Of a DNA stretch of 64,000 bases, positions 1 through 10,962 are shown in pieces. The notes under the pieces are model-generated. The model was given only the letters and a program-made list of their open reading frames with translations. It was not told the DNA's origin and searched no databases. The DNA comes from Octopus sinensis (lineage: Eukaryota), in contig NC_042998.1 in NCBI RefSeq assembly GCF_006345805.1, positions 69,316,001 through 69,380,000 on the forward strand, in the 5' to 3' direction. A program made the translations under genes and the position numbers. Each line of letters starts with the position of its first letter. Position 1 is the stretch's first letter.

Positions 1-698
1 TACGAGGGTTTAAATAGCTTAAAAGTTTAGTTTAAATAGCTTAAAAGTTCTTAGGATAAATAACTTTTACTGGTTTTCGCTCGTTAACTCAACATTATCC
101 AACTGCTTAGATTAAACAAAACAATGACAACAAGCATTTAATCCTTATATCGTTTAAATATAATTCCTAAACATTAAAAAAAAATATCTTAAGCTATCTC
201 TGTCGACAAATTCTACCCTTAAGTAATTATGATAGTCACACTGCTGTTGACATGATATTGTATTTAATACATTCGGTTCTTGTTTAAATTACTTTCTTAA
301 TTCACTTTAATTAGATGTTTTCAATATTTTATTAAGTCCGTTTTTTTGACCTGGAAGTTATTTACCGAGGGAACTTTTTACTAGCGCTCTTCAGCGCCAT
401 TGTAGTTCTCCATTTTCTCTATAATTCCACTGCGGACATATATATATATTTTCACATCGAGGTATTTGAAACTTTTTTATTATATAATAGTATTTAACGA
501 ATTTTTATTTCGTATGCCTTATACATTCTTCATACATACCATAAACTATTAAACTATTTTATTACTTTCAAAAAATATTGTTCCTCCTAATACTTTTTTG
601 GTTTTCCATCGTGATTTTGTCTTAGAATATTTACAGAATTTATTTCTCCACTTTTTTTTAGTGCACTGTCACGAATCATATTGACGTTGTACAATATT

Positions 699-1127
699 CT
701 CTTCTACTCTAGGCACAAGGCCCGGAATTTAGGGGGAGCGGGTGAGTCGCTTAGATCAATCCCAGTACGCAACTGGTACTTAATTTATCGACCCCGAAAG
801 TATGAAAGGCAAAGTCGACCTCGGCGGAATTTGTACTGAGAACGTAAAGACAGACGAAATACCGCTAAGCATTTTGTTCGGCGTGCTAACGTTTCTTATT
901 TCTTTATTGCCCACAAGGGGCTAAACATAGAGGGGACAAACAAGGACAGACAAAGGGATTAAGTCGATTAGATCAACCCCAGTGCGTAACTGGTACTTAT
1001 TTAATTGACTTCGAAAGGATGAAAGGCTAAGTCGACCTCGGCGGAATTTGAACTCAGAACGTAGCGACAGACGAAACACCGCTAAGCATTTCGCCCAGCG
1101 TGCTAACGTTTCTGCCAACTCGCCGCC
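699..1127 (-). mobile_element. SINE family A, dimer (long-tail left monomer + 5'-clipped short-tail right monomer)
   Basis: tRNA-like head with A box (tggcagaaacgttag) and B box (gagttcaaattcc) on the minus strand, core ctttgcctttcatcctttcg..aagtaccagt. 18-bp TSD ttgacgttgtacaatatt at 681-698 and 1128-1145. Confidence 0.85.
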
Positions 1128-1934
1128 TTGACGTTGTACAATATTAATATTCTGTCGGACACGCTTCAGCAAATTTGACAACTTAAATCTCAACATATTT
1201 AACAACTCGACTTAGCCATTACTTTTGGATTTGCTTATTGCCCATCCTCAGGGAAATATCGATTTCTTACAGCTATATATTTTCTATGCACACACACACA
1301 CATATATTGATATATTGATTTCTGCTCACGATTTTATCACAATCTTCTTTCATGTTTTAAGGTCATTAGCATAAAACCTTTATATATTTGAAGTAACTAA
1401 TATTCTATCGTTTCAAATTTAGTCCAAATGTTTGCCTCTACTTTATTAATAAAAGGTATTGAAATATCGTCAACAGCTAGATTTCAAGATATCTTCTCAG
1501 GTTCTGTCACAATATATTAAACTTTATATCTATGTATAATTCTAACACCAAAGTTTATTATTTATTTATTTATTTATTTATTATCATTTTGTTTTCGTCA
1601 GTATTTAGAAATTACATAAAATTGTAATACCCAAAATTTCGCTCTGAATGAGCTGACGATCTAGTTTGATTTTAAATCGAAGTCAATTGATTTCCCATAA
1701 ACCACCGATGCCCTTGAGAAAACGCATAAAATATCACACGCTCTCAATTTCCTCTATTCGAATTTGTAGGAAAATGTCTGAAAAAAATCAATATTTATAT
1801 GAAAAACTAACAGAGAGGACTGCAGAGTAGAAACAATTTCACGTTGTATGTGGCACAGCATATTTGTGTGTTAACAATATTTCAATGTCAAGGATGATAG
1901 AAATGGTGGAACGTGGAATTAAATGGAGTGTAAT

Positions 1935-2062
1935 TACGACTATGAGGTTAACTTGTTCGCTTTGTAACCACGTAGTTTCGGGTTCAACCCCACTGTGTGG
2001 AACTTTGTGCAAGTGTCTTTTACTGGGGGTGGGGGAGGGGTCTTCGATTGACTAAAGCCTTG

Positions 2063-2065
<3 letters not shown>
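1935..2065 (+). mobile_element. SINE family B head, degraded
   Basis: gggttcaaccccactgtgtgg..tgcaagtgtctt..gactaaagccttg matches other B copies and is followed by (TA)n. Confidence 0.6.
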
Positions 2066-2147
<82 letters not shown>

Positions 2148-2173
2148 TATATATATACATACATACATACATA

Positions 2174-2644
2174 CTAGCTAGTGTACCCGGTAATTCCCGG
2201 GGGTAAAGATGTTCTATTGAAACGCTTTATTACTCTGATATAAGGAAGCAATTTCGCTATAATTTCCGTCACGAAAATGTACAAAAAACTGTCAGCTAGA
2301 GGAGGGAGAGATTGTTGGAGGTTGGCGAGAAAGATTATCGGAGATTGGTGAGAGAAGTTATATAAATATATGAATGAAGTGTTTGAAGAAAGTGCAATAA
2401 TAACGTTGATGGTCACTCTCAGTAACTGCCTTTAGCTTACAGAGTTCTTGTTTTTATGACTATCGAAAAGCAGCCAGAAGGATAGACATATCGTTGAGAA
2501 CAAATGATTTCGTTGGAGGTCTGTTATCTCCATTCCAGCCAGTGGTGGCCTAGAAGAGGTTGAAAGGATCAAACGACAAAGACATTATTCTGCTTAGCGA
2601 AGGCATCTGGGAAATGTAAACTGATTTTCTATATAAATAGTAGA
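2174..2644 (-). mobile_element. non-autonomous Helitron
   Basis: Minus strand starts a|TC and ends with hairpin cccgggaattaccggg then CTAG|t. No TSD. Same 3' end family as 33162-34064. Confidence 0.75.
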
Positions 2645-3249
2645 TTATATACATGTACATATATGTACATGCGTGTGAGTGGGTATATGTATAAGGTATA
2701 TAAAAATACACCCTATTTGGTGGGTGATTGTGCTACATACACTATTATACATGGTCATTTCTACGTTTGTATACTGGTGTATATTGGCATTTATTCCTGT
2801 TACTCCTTAAGTAAAAAAAAAATTTTTAAATAGCAACAAAAAAGATGCAAATAAATAGTGACTTAGTCATTTGATAAACAGAGATCAAAAAATAAATGTC
2901 ACATTAAGTTCTGGAGTGGATACTCCTAACAAATAACTTCAAAAGCAGTGGTCCAGCATGACTGTAATAAAAGAAAGAGTGGAGTTCCTTCTCTGAAGAC
3001 TTTCTGCTGTTCAGCTCTCTTGGGAGTTTCTTAGCACCAGGAAGAGGATTTTCATAACTTGGTGTTTTACCTTCAGATTCAGAGAACCACCTGTATAATG
3101 CAATCTACAGGTAATAAACATTGGTAACAGACTGAAACTTCATATTCAATTCATGTTTTACAGGTGTTTGGTTTGGGCCAAGATAAACATTTCTAAACGT
3201 TTGGTTATAATAATGTAGAATATTTGGCGAGTAATATGATCCATGAAAA

Positions 3250-4080
3250 CATCACTAACTTCACTGTTATCATAACACAGGAAAAGAGACACAGATTCCA
3301 TATTTGGTTTGAAGACTGCATGAATTTAGCATGGTGTTCCACTCGGGTAAATTCTAGTGAAAGAATTACGTTTGTGGAACTTCATATAAGTTTTGCTGCT
3401 GCTGAGTAAACGTTCTACTTGATGTGTTTGCAACCACAGTTATTGCACAGTGGTTTCGCTCCATGTTGTGCAGCTGGTGACTAAGTTGTATTATGTAACA
3501 TGTTACAGATAGAACTATCACCAGAACATTGGTCGTCAGAGTACAATTCTGTTCAGCTGCAGGTATTTTGAAATAAAACTCTGCATTTCCTGTGTTTATT
3601 GATTATGGCTGTGTTCCTCTATGTGATCAACTATACTGAATCAATGACTTTATCCAGTGTCAACTAATCACTTATATTGATCAGGTGATCAGCTTTTCTC
3701 AGATATCAGTTAACTTAGTACTTAATGTGATTTTTTCCTCATCATTTCATCTGATTAATGGTAATCCTTAGATAAGGGATGTTGTTTTTGGTCAGAACCA
3801 TTTTATCGATTACCAGCCTTCACACAACATTGTTTAATTTAAATCTATTGAACACTGATTTAGCTTTGATTGAACATTGTTATTAAAATGATTAAAGTTT
3901 TTCTTTGAGTGGCTTTTTTAAAATTTTTGTTGTGTTCAGAGACAATCAATGTAGAGCTGTCGACATCTTTTCTTTTTTCTACCACCACAATGATGGTAAC
4001 TTTTATGGATTCTTTACTTTCTTTTGGAGAAACTTTAGATGCCAACCTGATAGTTGTTGAAAGTTTTTCCACATGTCATT
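3250..4080 (-). pseudogene. decayed LINE ORF1-like remnant (zinc-knuckle type)
   Basis: Manual minus-strand translation gives TKLTDI*EKL..SI*VIS*HWIKS followed by QCSGDSSICNMLH..KPLCNNCGCKH, resembling ORF1 zinc knuckles. Many stops. Confidence 0.3.
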
Positions 4081-4853
4081 GAGATGAGTTGAATGTAAGT
4101 CCAGATGAGCGATTTGGGTCCAGCTGAGTGACATCGGTGCTGTTGAGAAATTTTAGGTGCTGATCCACAATTTCTTTAAGGTACTGACTGGTTCACAATT
4201 TTTTTAAGGTACTGATCCATGATTTTTTTAAAGAGCAATGTGGATATTGTTGAGTAATTTTGATACTGCTGAGCAATTTGGCCAATGTTAAGGTATATGA
4301 ATACTGCTGAGTAGATATATATTCACTCCAAGGACTTGCAGAATTAAAAGCCTGATTCACCATTTTCAAAACAACATCAGTTTTCCTGTCAATTTCTTGT
4401 CTTGATAAACTTCTCTGTCACACATAAACCAATTAACTTTCCAATTATAATTTTATCAAGAATCACACACAAGAATTTATGCTTAAGGTTATAACAAAAT
4501 TTTACAATTTCTGTGGCTTCTAAAAGAGCTTGAAGAGAAGGAAATGACTGGTAATTCCTTGTTGATAATTCAATATACCAGCTTCTCACAAAATGCACTA
4601 ATTTTTTTCCCTCCATTTTCCAGAAACAGATTTGAATTCTCTCCCTGAAGGGAGCATTAACTTTATTGCAGAAGTCAGTGAGCATAAATGTGGAACAAAA
4701 TTTGCATAAGGGATGCAAAAGTTTTTCAGGAGGATGTTTGAAGCAGTTTCATTGCCCCCTATTCCCCCAAATTTTAAGGAGTGTGCTTGCACGCCCAACA
4801 ACCCCGGTTCTCATGCCTATGTCAGTGAGATAAGATAAATAGAATACATATCA

Positions 4854-5090
4854 TTCTTATTTCTTTATTGCCCACAAGGGGCTAAACATAGAGGAGACAA
4901 ACAAAGACAGACAAAGGGATTAAGTCGATTACATCGACCCCAGTGCGTAACTGGTACTTAATTTATTGACCCCGAAAGGATGAAAGGCAAATCGACCTCT
5001 GTGGAATTTGAACTCAGAACGTAACGGCAGACGAAATACCGCTAAGCATTTCGCCCAGCATGTTAACGTTTCTGCCAGCTTGCCGCCTTT
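4854..5090 (-). mobile_element. SINE family A, long-tail monomer
   Basis: Full head, core and tail. 18-bp TSD taaatagaatacatatca at 4836-4853 and 5092-5109. Confidence 0.85.
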
Positions 5091-5117
5091 GTAAATAGAA
5101 TACATATCAAAATTTGC

Positions 5118-5243
5118 TTAACCCTTTTGTTACCAATCTGGCTAAAACTGGCTCTGGCTCTGTAGTACAAATGTCTTGTTTTCCTAAGTTTTGAATTAAA
5201 ATCTTCCACCAAACCTTTGTCAAAATTTATGTTCCTAAGATAT
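5118..5243. mobile_element. fragment of TTAA-CCC (piggyBac-like) MITE
   Basis: Begins ttaa|cccttttgttacc. No second terminus seen. Confidence 0.3.
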
Positions 5244-5368
5244 GTAAATAGAATACATATCTTTCTACTAACTCAAAAAATTGATCTGTCATAAAAAGTT
5301 ATTTCTATTTATTCCAATGGCTAAAGGCTACAGGCCAATACTTTCGCAGAATTATGAGAATAAAAATA

Positions 5369-5526
5369 GGCACAGGAGTGGCTGTGTGGTAAGTAGCTTG
5401 CTTACCAACCACATGGTTCTGGGTTCAGTCCCACTGCGTAGCACCTTGGGCAAGTGTCTTCTACTATAACCTTGAGCCAACCAAAGCCTTGAGAGTAGAT
5501 TTGGTAGATGAAACTGAAAGAAGCCC

Positions 5527-5530
<4 letters not shown>
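5369..5530 (+). mobile_element. SINE family B head + CORE-like segment
   Basis: ggagtggctgtgtggtaag..gggttcagtcccactgcg..ccttgggcaagtgtcttctactatag. Confidence 0.85.
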
Positions 5531-5574
<44 letters not shown>

Positions 5575-5580
<6 letters not shown>

Positions 5581-5825
5581 ATTTACAAAAAAACAAAAGA
5601 CGAAGATGGGTGTGTAAACAACAAACAGGTGTATTAGCTTAACACTCAAGAAGTGAGAAAGTCTTTTACGTTTTGAGTCTGTGCTCTTCGACAGAAAGGA
5701 ACATAGAAATAAACAGGGAGAGAAAACAGAAAAAGGTTTAGTGGCTAGCTATCTATCATGGCAAATGCCAGGCAGAGGGGTCACACAGGAGAACTAGGAA
5801 GAAGGGGAGATAAGGTAGTGGAGAT
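5575..5825 (-). mobile_element. short hammerhead-bearing element (family E) in (TA)n
   Basis: Homologous to 9052-9235 and 47958-48166. Flanked by TA tracts on both sides. Confidence 0.7.
5663..5698 (-). ncRNA. degenerate type I hammerhead ribozyme motif
   Basis: Reverse complement: cttt-ctgtcga-a-gagc acag actc-aaaac gta-aaag. Stem I cttt/aaag. G12 and one stem II pair are mutated. Confidence 0.5.
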
Positions 5826-5847
5826 TATATATATATATATATATATA

Positions 5848-6420
5848 GGTGCAGGAGTGGCTGTGTGGTAAGTAACTTGCTTCCTAACCACATGGTTCTG
5901 GGTTCAGTCCCATTGCATGGCACCTTGGGCAAGTGTCTTCTACTATAGCCTTGAGCTGACTAAAGCCTTGAGAGCGAATTCAGTAGACAGAAACTGAAAG
6001 AAGCCACTTGCTTGGCATTAAAGTTGCTCACATACACTTCTGACTCAAGGATGTGCTCTCTCCTTGCTTCCTCTCGCCTCTCTCTCTTTTCTACACATAC
6101 TTGTTTTTTTTTGGTGGGGCACATAAAAAAACACCTGTGCTGGTGCCACATGAAAGCACCCGTGCTGAGGCAAGGTAAAAGGTACCTATGCTGGCGTTAT
6201 GTGTAAAGCACCCATATGGGTGCCATGTAAAAGCTGGGGGTCACATAAAAAGCACCTAGTATTCATTGTAAAGTGTTTGGCATTAGGAGGGGCATCCAGT
6301 CATAGAAAATATACCAAAAATGGCAAATGGAGCCTGGTGCAGCTCTCTAGCCTTGCCAGCTTCTGTCAAACTGTCCAACCCATGCCAAGATAGATAATGA
6401 ACTTTAAATAATGATGATGA
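5848..6420 (+). mobile_element. chimeric SINE: family B head + RTE-type tail (family D)
   Basis: B head to ~6005, then aaaagcacc repeats and ggcatccag..gagcctggtgcagc..aaactgtccaacccatgcca..atgatgatga. Confidence 0.7.
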
Positions 6421-6729
6421 CTACATAATTTTCTGATCCTCAAAACCAGCTGACCTCATGACACCATCAGTCACATACATTCAACTTTGTCTGTCTACCT
6501 ATCAATCTCTGTATATCAATATGTGTGTGTTTTCACTCAAAACTGGCACAAAGCTAAAACTTCCTCCTATAATATATATATATATGGTTGTGTTGGCCTC
6601 ATGCCTACACTGGAAATCATTATAGTAAATGTGTTTATCTAAATTATTTACACTCAGTAGGTAAGCTTCCATAGTTTTAATAGTCGAACAACTTCACGTT
6701 CATTACCCCGTGCATACTGGGAGAAGAAT

Positions 6730-6916
6730 AGCTTATATATATATACATATGCACACACACATATGCAGGTTGCATATGTTATATTTAAGCATTTATATAT
6801 GTATAGATATAAATGTTCATATATATGTATATATGTAGGTATTTATATATGTATATATATCGGTATGTAATTATATATATATATATATTTATGTATTTAT
6901 ACATGTACAGATGTAT

Positions 6917-6958
<42 letters not shown>

Positions 6959-6975
6959 AACAATATGTGTGTGTG

Positions 6976-7006
<31 letters not shown>

Positions 7007-7041
7007 ATATACATATGTGTCTATATATATATACATATATG

Positions 7042-7079
<38 letters not shown>
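6730..7079. repeat. compound (TA)n/(TG)n microsatellite
   Basis: Seen directly. Source of the YI/CV-rich ORFs. Confidence 0.95.
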
Positions 7080-7081
<2 letters not shown>

Positions 7082-7236
7082 AATTAAGGACTGCACACGA
7101 AAAGTGGACAGTCAACATGCTAGATATAGACGTCAATCACCATTCTCCACAAAAAGTTTATGTTCTCAGATCTGGCGATTTGACGTCTATATCTAGCATG
7201 TTGACTGTCCACTTTTCGTGTGCAGTCCTAAATTGG
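7080..7236. mobile_element. fold-back MITE (57-bp inverted arms) in (TA)n
   Basis: 7080-7136 and 7179-7236 are inverted copies with about 1 mismatch. TA on both sides. Confidence 0.8.
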
Positions 7237-7323
7237 TATATATAAATATTTTAATCTTCGGATTCTTTTTTAATATGCTAGACCACTGGTTCTAATTGAT
7301 AAATATCAATTTTTACCCTAAAT

Positions 7324-7363
<40 letters not shown>

Positions 7364-7366
7364 ACA

Positions 7367-7397
<31 letters not shown>

Positions 7398-7416
7398 GCG
7401 CATATATATATATATA

Positions 7417-7451
<35 letters not shown>

Positions 7452-7454
<3 letters not shown>

Positions 7455-7650
7455 CTTTTACTTGTTTCAGTCATTTGACTGTGGCTATGCTGGAGCACTG
7501 CCTTTAGTCGAACAAATTGACCCCAGGATTTGTTGTTTGTAAGCCTATTACTTTTTCTATCTGTCTTTTTGCCAAACTGCTAAGTTACAGGGACATAAAC
7601 ACACCAACAAAAGTTGTCAAGCAATGGTGAGGGGACAAGCACACACACAC
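7452..7650 (-). mobile_element. SINE family B 3' half
   Basis: Reverse complement of ..ccagcatagccacagtcaaatgactgaaacaagtaaaaga tail. Confidence 0.8.
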
Positions 7651-7677
7651 ACACACAGATATAAATATATATGTGTA

Positions 7678-7736
<59 letters not shown>

Positions 7737-8309
7737 GCATTTATGTATGTATATACTCTTATATAAATACATATATTTATATACTTATATAAATTTACAT
7801 TTACATATATGTAAATTATAAATATGATATATATAGGTATGACATTAAATGGTGCTGATACATGCTGTACTATACGATGTAACAAACTTATAGAATTCAG
7901 CCAACAGTGTGATTAAATTTGATTTGTTAATAACATTAGGCAGTGGTAAATAAGCTGTCTTCCTTCAAACTAACTCTTGGACATGAAACGAATGTCCAGT
8001 TAGTCTATTTTCAGTCTTTATTGCAACTTCATCAACAACTGATTACTTTTAACTAATTGTACTTGGTGAGAGAATTTCTGATGTAATTCATTTAAATTTT
8101 TCTTCCAGTGTTAGCTGAAATCTATGAGTTTGTTCTGTATACTTCAAGGATCAGCAAAGTGATCACTATTGGCTCCTGGTGGGGGTCTATGTGGCTGTTC
8201 AAGGGGCCAATAAACACCGAAAATGATTTGGAGTTATAAGAGTTGTGGATTATTACCCAACTAAATGTGGAAGAATATGGGGAACCAAATATCAATGCAA
8301 TAACTGGTA

Positions 8310-8770
8310 TTCATCATCAGCATCATTGTTTAACGTCCGTTTTCCATGCTGGCATGGGTTGGACGGTTTCCCTGAGGACTGGCAAGCCAGGAGGCTGCAC
8401 CAGGCTTCAATTTGATCTGGCAATGTTTTTACAGTTGGATGCCCTTCCTAACGACAACCACTCCAAGAGTGCTTCTACGCTCCACTGGCATGGGTGCTAT
8501 TTGCATGTCACTGGGGGGCTTCTATGTTCCACTGGCATGGTGCTATTTGCATGTCACTGGGGGGCTTCTATGTTCCACTGGCATGGGTGCCATCCATGTG
8601 TCACTGGGGTGTTTCTAAGTTCCAGCATGGGTATCATTTGCATGCCTCTGGGATGCTTCTACATTCCACTGGCATGGGTGCCATTTACGTGCCACTGGAG
8701 TACTTCTACGTTTCACCAACACAGGTGCCACTGGGGTACTCTTATGTTCCACCAGCACAGGTGCCGATTT
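8310..8770 (-). mobile_element. family D (RTE 3'UTR-like tail) with ~21-bp internal tandem repeats
   Basis: catcatcag..tttaacgtccgttttccatgctggcatgggttggacgg terminus, and repeated ttccactggcatgg units at 8480-8760. Confidence 0.75.
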
Positions 8771-9051
8771 ATATATATATATAGGTATTTATGTATATGT
8801 ATCTGTAATGACTGCAATTTTTCTCAGCTTGATGGGTCTTCTTCTCAAGCATAATATAATGCCAAACTGCTTAGATTATAATTTTATAATTTATAACTGC
8901 TCAGATTTATAATTTTATTAATATATAATTAGAATGCTCTTGCACCTTGAGCAAGTGTCTTCTACTATAGCCTTGGGTTGATCAAAACCTTGTAAGTGGA
9001 TTTTGTAGATGGAAACCGGAAGAAGTCCATTATTTATATATATATATATAT

Positions 9052-9235
9052 AAGGAGAGTTTACGAAAAAAACAAAAGATGAAGACAGGTGGTGTACAAA
9101 ACAAACAGGTCTATTAGTATAACGCTCAGGAATAGAAAGTCTTTTACGTTTCAAGCCTATGCTCTTCTACAGAAAGGGACACAGAAAAAACAAGGAGAGA
9201 AAAAAATGTGTGTAGTGGCTAACAATCTATCATGG
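9052..9235 (-). mobile_element. family E hammerhead-bearing element
   Basis: Homologous to the 5575 and 47958 copies and abuts (TA)n. Confidence 0.75.
9141..9176 (-). ncRNA. type I hammerhead motif, core variant CUGUAGA
   Basis: Reverse complement: cttt-ctgtaga-a-gagc atag gctt-gaaac gta-aaag. GUA cleavage triplet, palindromic ACGU stem III. Confidence 0.6.
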
Positions 9236-9873
9236 TTGGTATAGTCATAAAAATCAATATTTATTAGAAGCAATATCATGAGGTTTGGTATTTCATTCAT
9301 TTTCTATGGTGTTCTGCCCTTCTATAATGTTTGTGTGTTTGTGTTTGTCCCCCCAACATTGCTTGACAACCGCTGCTGGTGTGCTTACATCCCCGTAACT
9401 TAGTGGTTTGGCAAAAGAGACCAATAGAATAAGTACTAGGCTTACAAAGAATAAGACCTGGGGTTGATTTGCTTGACTAAAGGCGGTGCGCCAGCATGGC
9501 TGCAGTCAAATCACTGAAACAAAGGAATAAAAGAATAAAAAAGAACATATATATATGTGCATGTGTTTGTGTGTATGTAGAAGTACATCTACACACCCCA
9601 CATCCACAGACTTATATATTTGTGTGCCTGCTTGTGCATGAGAGAGATCCAGAGAAAGGGAAAGAGAGAGATATTGTTTAATACGATTGTTGTTCACTAT
9701 TTACGGTCAATGATCTTTTCGGTGAGTCATGAAAAGAATCGCAAATGTGTTACAACAGATTTATGACCAATAGTTTCAGTTTAAACAAATGTCCTACAAA
9801 TATATGTCAGTTATTGAATACTAGCTTCACCTTTCTTTCGCTCATTATAACACACACTCACATACATGTAGAC

Positions 9874-10196
9874 CATAGGTTCTCAAAGTGGGTGCTACTG
9901 CCACGTGGTGTGGTGGTCATTGAGACGGTCCAGGTGGGCGCTGGTGCCTAAGAGGGAGGTGGGGGTAGAGAAAAAGGAGGTTTTGTGAGGAAGGCAGTGG
10001 ATTAGGGGACGTTATGAATTTATTATATTATTATAGTATTGTATACAAATTATGTAATATTATATTAAATATCAAATGATTCATAGTATATATAAATTAG
10101 TAAAATATAAAGTATTTATTTATACATAAAAAAGGGGTGGGGGCGCTGAGGCGGTCATGAGATGGGGCGGTGGCCCAAAAAGTTTGAGAACCTCTG
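9874..10196. mobile_element. hAT-type MITE
   Basis: TIRs cataggttctcaaa / tttgagaacctctg. 8-bp TSD atgtagac / atttagac. Confidence 0.8.
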
Positions 10197-10341
10197 ATTT
10201 AGACGGAAGAAATAGGAAGTTGTGTCCCATAACAGTATGGCTGTGTTGTTAAGAAGTTGACTTCAGAACTACATGGTTATGTACATTATTTACATTATTT
10301 ACATTTGATGGATATTTGTCCTCATCTTGTTCGTTGTTAAC

Positions 10342-10385
10342 ACAACGTTTCAGCTGATATACTCTCCAGCCTTCATCATGTGTCT
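10342..10385 (-). ncRNA. hammerhead motif in the inverted arm (C3 mutated to A)
   Basis: Reverse complement: gacac-atgatga-a-ggctg gagagtatat cagct-gaaac gtt-gtgtt. Confidence 0.6.
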
Positions 10386-10437
10386 TGGGGAAATTTCGAA
10401 TTGGGGTTCCCATTCCTAAGGTTCGAAATTTCCCTGA

Positions 10438-10483
10438 GACACCTGATGAAGGATGGAGGGTATATCAGCCGAAACGTTGTGTT
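10438..10483 (+). ncRNA. minimal type I hammerhead ribozyme
   Basis: gacac-CTGATGA-a-ggatg gagggtatat cagcc-GAAAC GTT-gtgtt. Stem I gacac/gtgtt, palindromic ACGU stem III, GUU triplet, one stem II mismatch. Confidence 0.75.
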
Positions 10484-10962
10484 AACAACAAACTAAATGA
10501 GGACAAATATCCATCAAATGTAAATAATGTACATAATTCGTCATCTCTTAAATATAGAACTGTACATGGTTATGTGTTCAATCCTCTTATTGAAACCCTT
10601 AGATAAGTGTCTTGATTTAATCCAGCAGTTCTTAACTGTGCCTCCCAGGGCTGCATGCATCCCCTGACCTTCTTCCCTCTATAAATATTATAAATTTTTC
10701 ATTAATTGATTTGTGTTTCCCTTTTTTTAGTGCAGCCCCCTAAAAAAGTCCAGGTTTTGGATCTGGTCTGGATATCAAAATGAGAACTACAGGTTTAACC
10801 AAAAGCTTGTCTGTAAAATTTAGTAAACCAAGTGACCATTCCTGTTCAGGGTCAGAAAGTATCTCAGCTCAAAACAGTTGCTGATTTTACAGAAAACATA
10901 GTTGTTCTGTGTGAGAGTATTTCTCACATATCTGAAATATATTCTTCACAACAGTTTTGTGA

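Larger units (their letters stand above)
8940..9545 (+). mobile_element. SINE family B interrupted by a family E insertion
   Basis: CORE-like part at 8940-9030, tail at 9330-9545, E element in the TA linker. Confidence 0.8.
10283..10562. mobile_element. fold-back element with a hammerhead in each inverted arm, inserted in a SINE B head
   Basis: ~115-bp inverted arms (10281-10400, 10422-10532), 21-nt loop and 30-nt extra tail. 13-bp TSD tacatggttatgt at 10270-10282 and 10563-10575. Confidence 0.85.

Noticed and set aside
1645-1700. ctgacga..gaagtcaattgat, hammerhead-like
   Set aside because: GAAA is altered, and stems I and II do not pair convincingly.
4389-4718. 109-aa minus-strand ORF
   Set aside because: No recognisable domain or splice context. 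It cannot be called without a database search.
8243-8854. 203-aa ORF rich in HWG/FHWHG repeats
   Set aside because: It is the antisense reading of the family D tail and its 21-bp tandem repeats.
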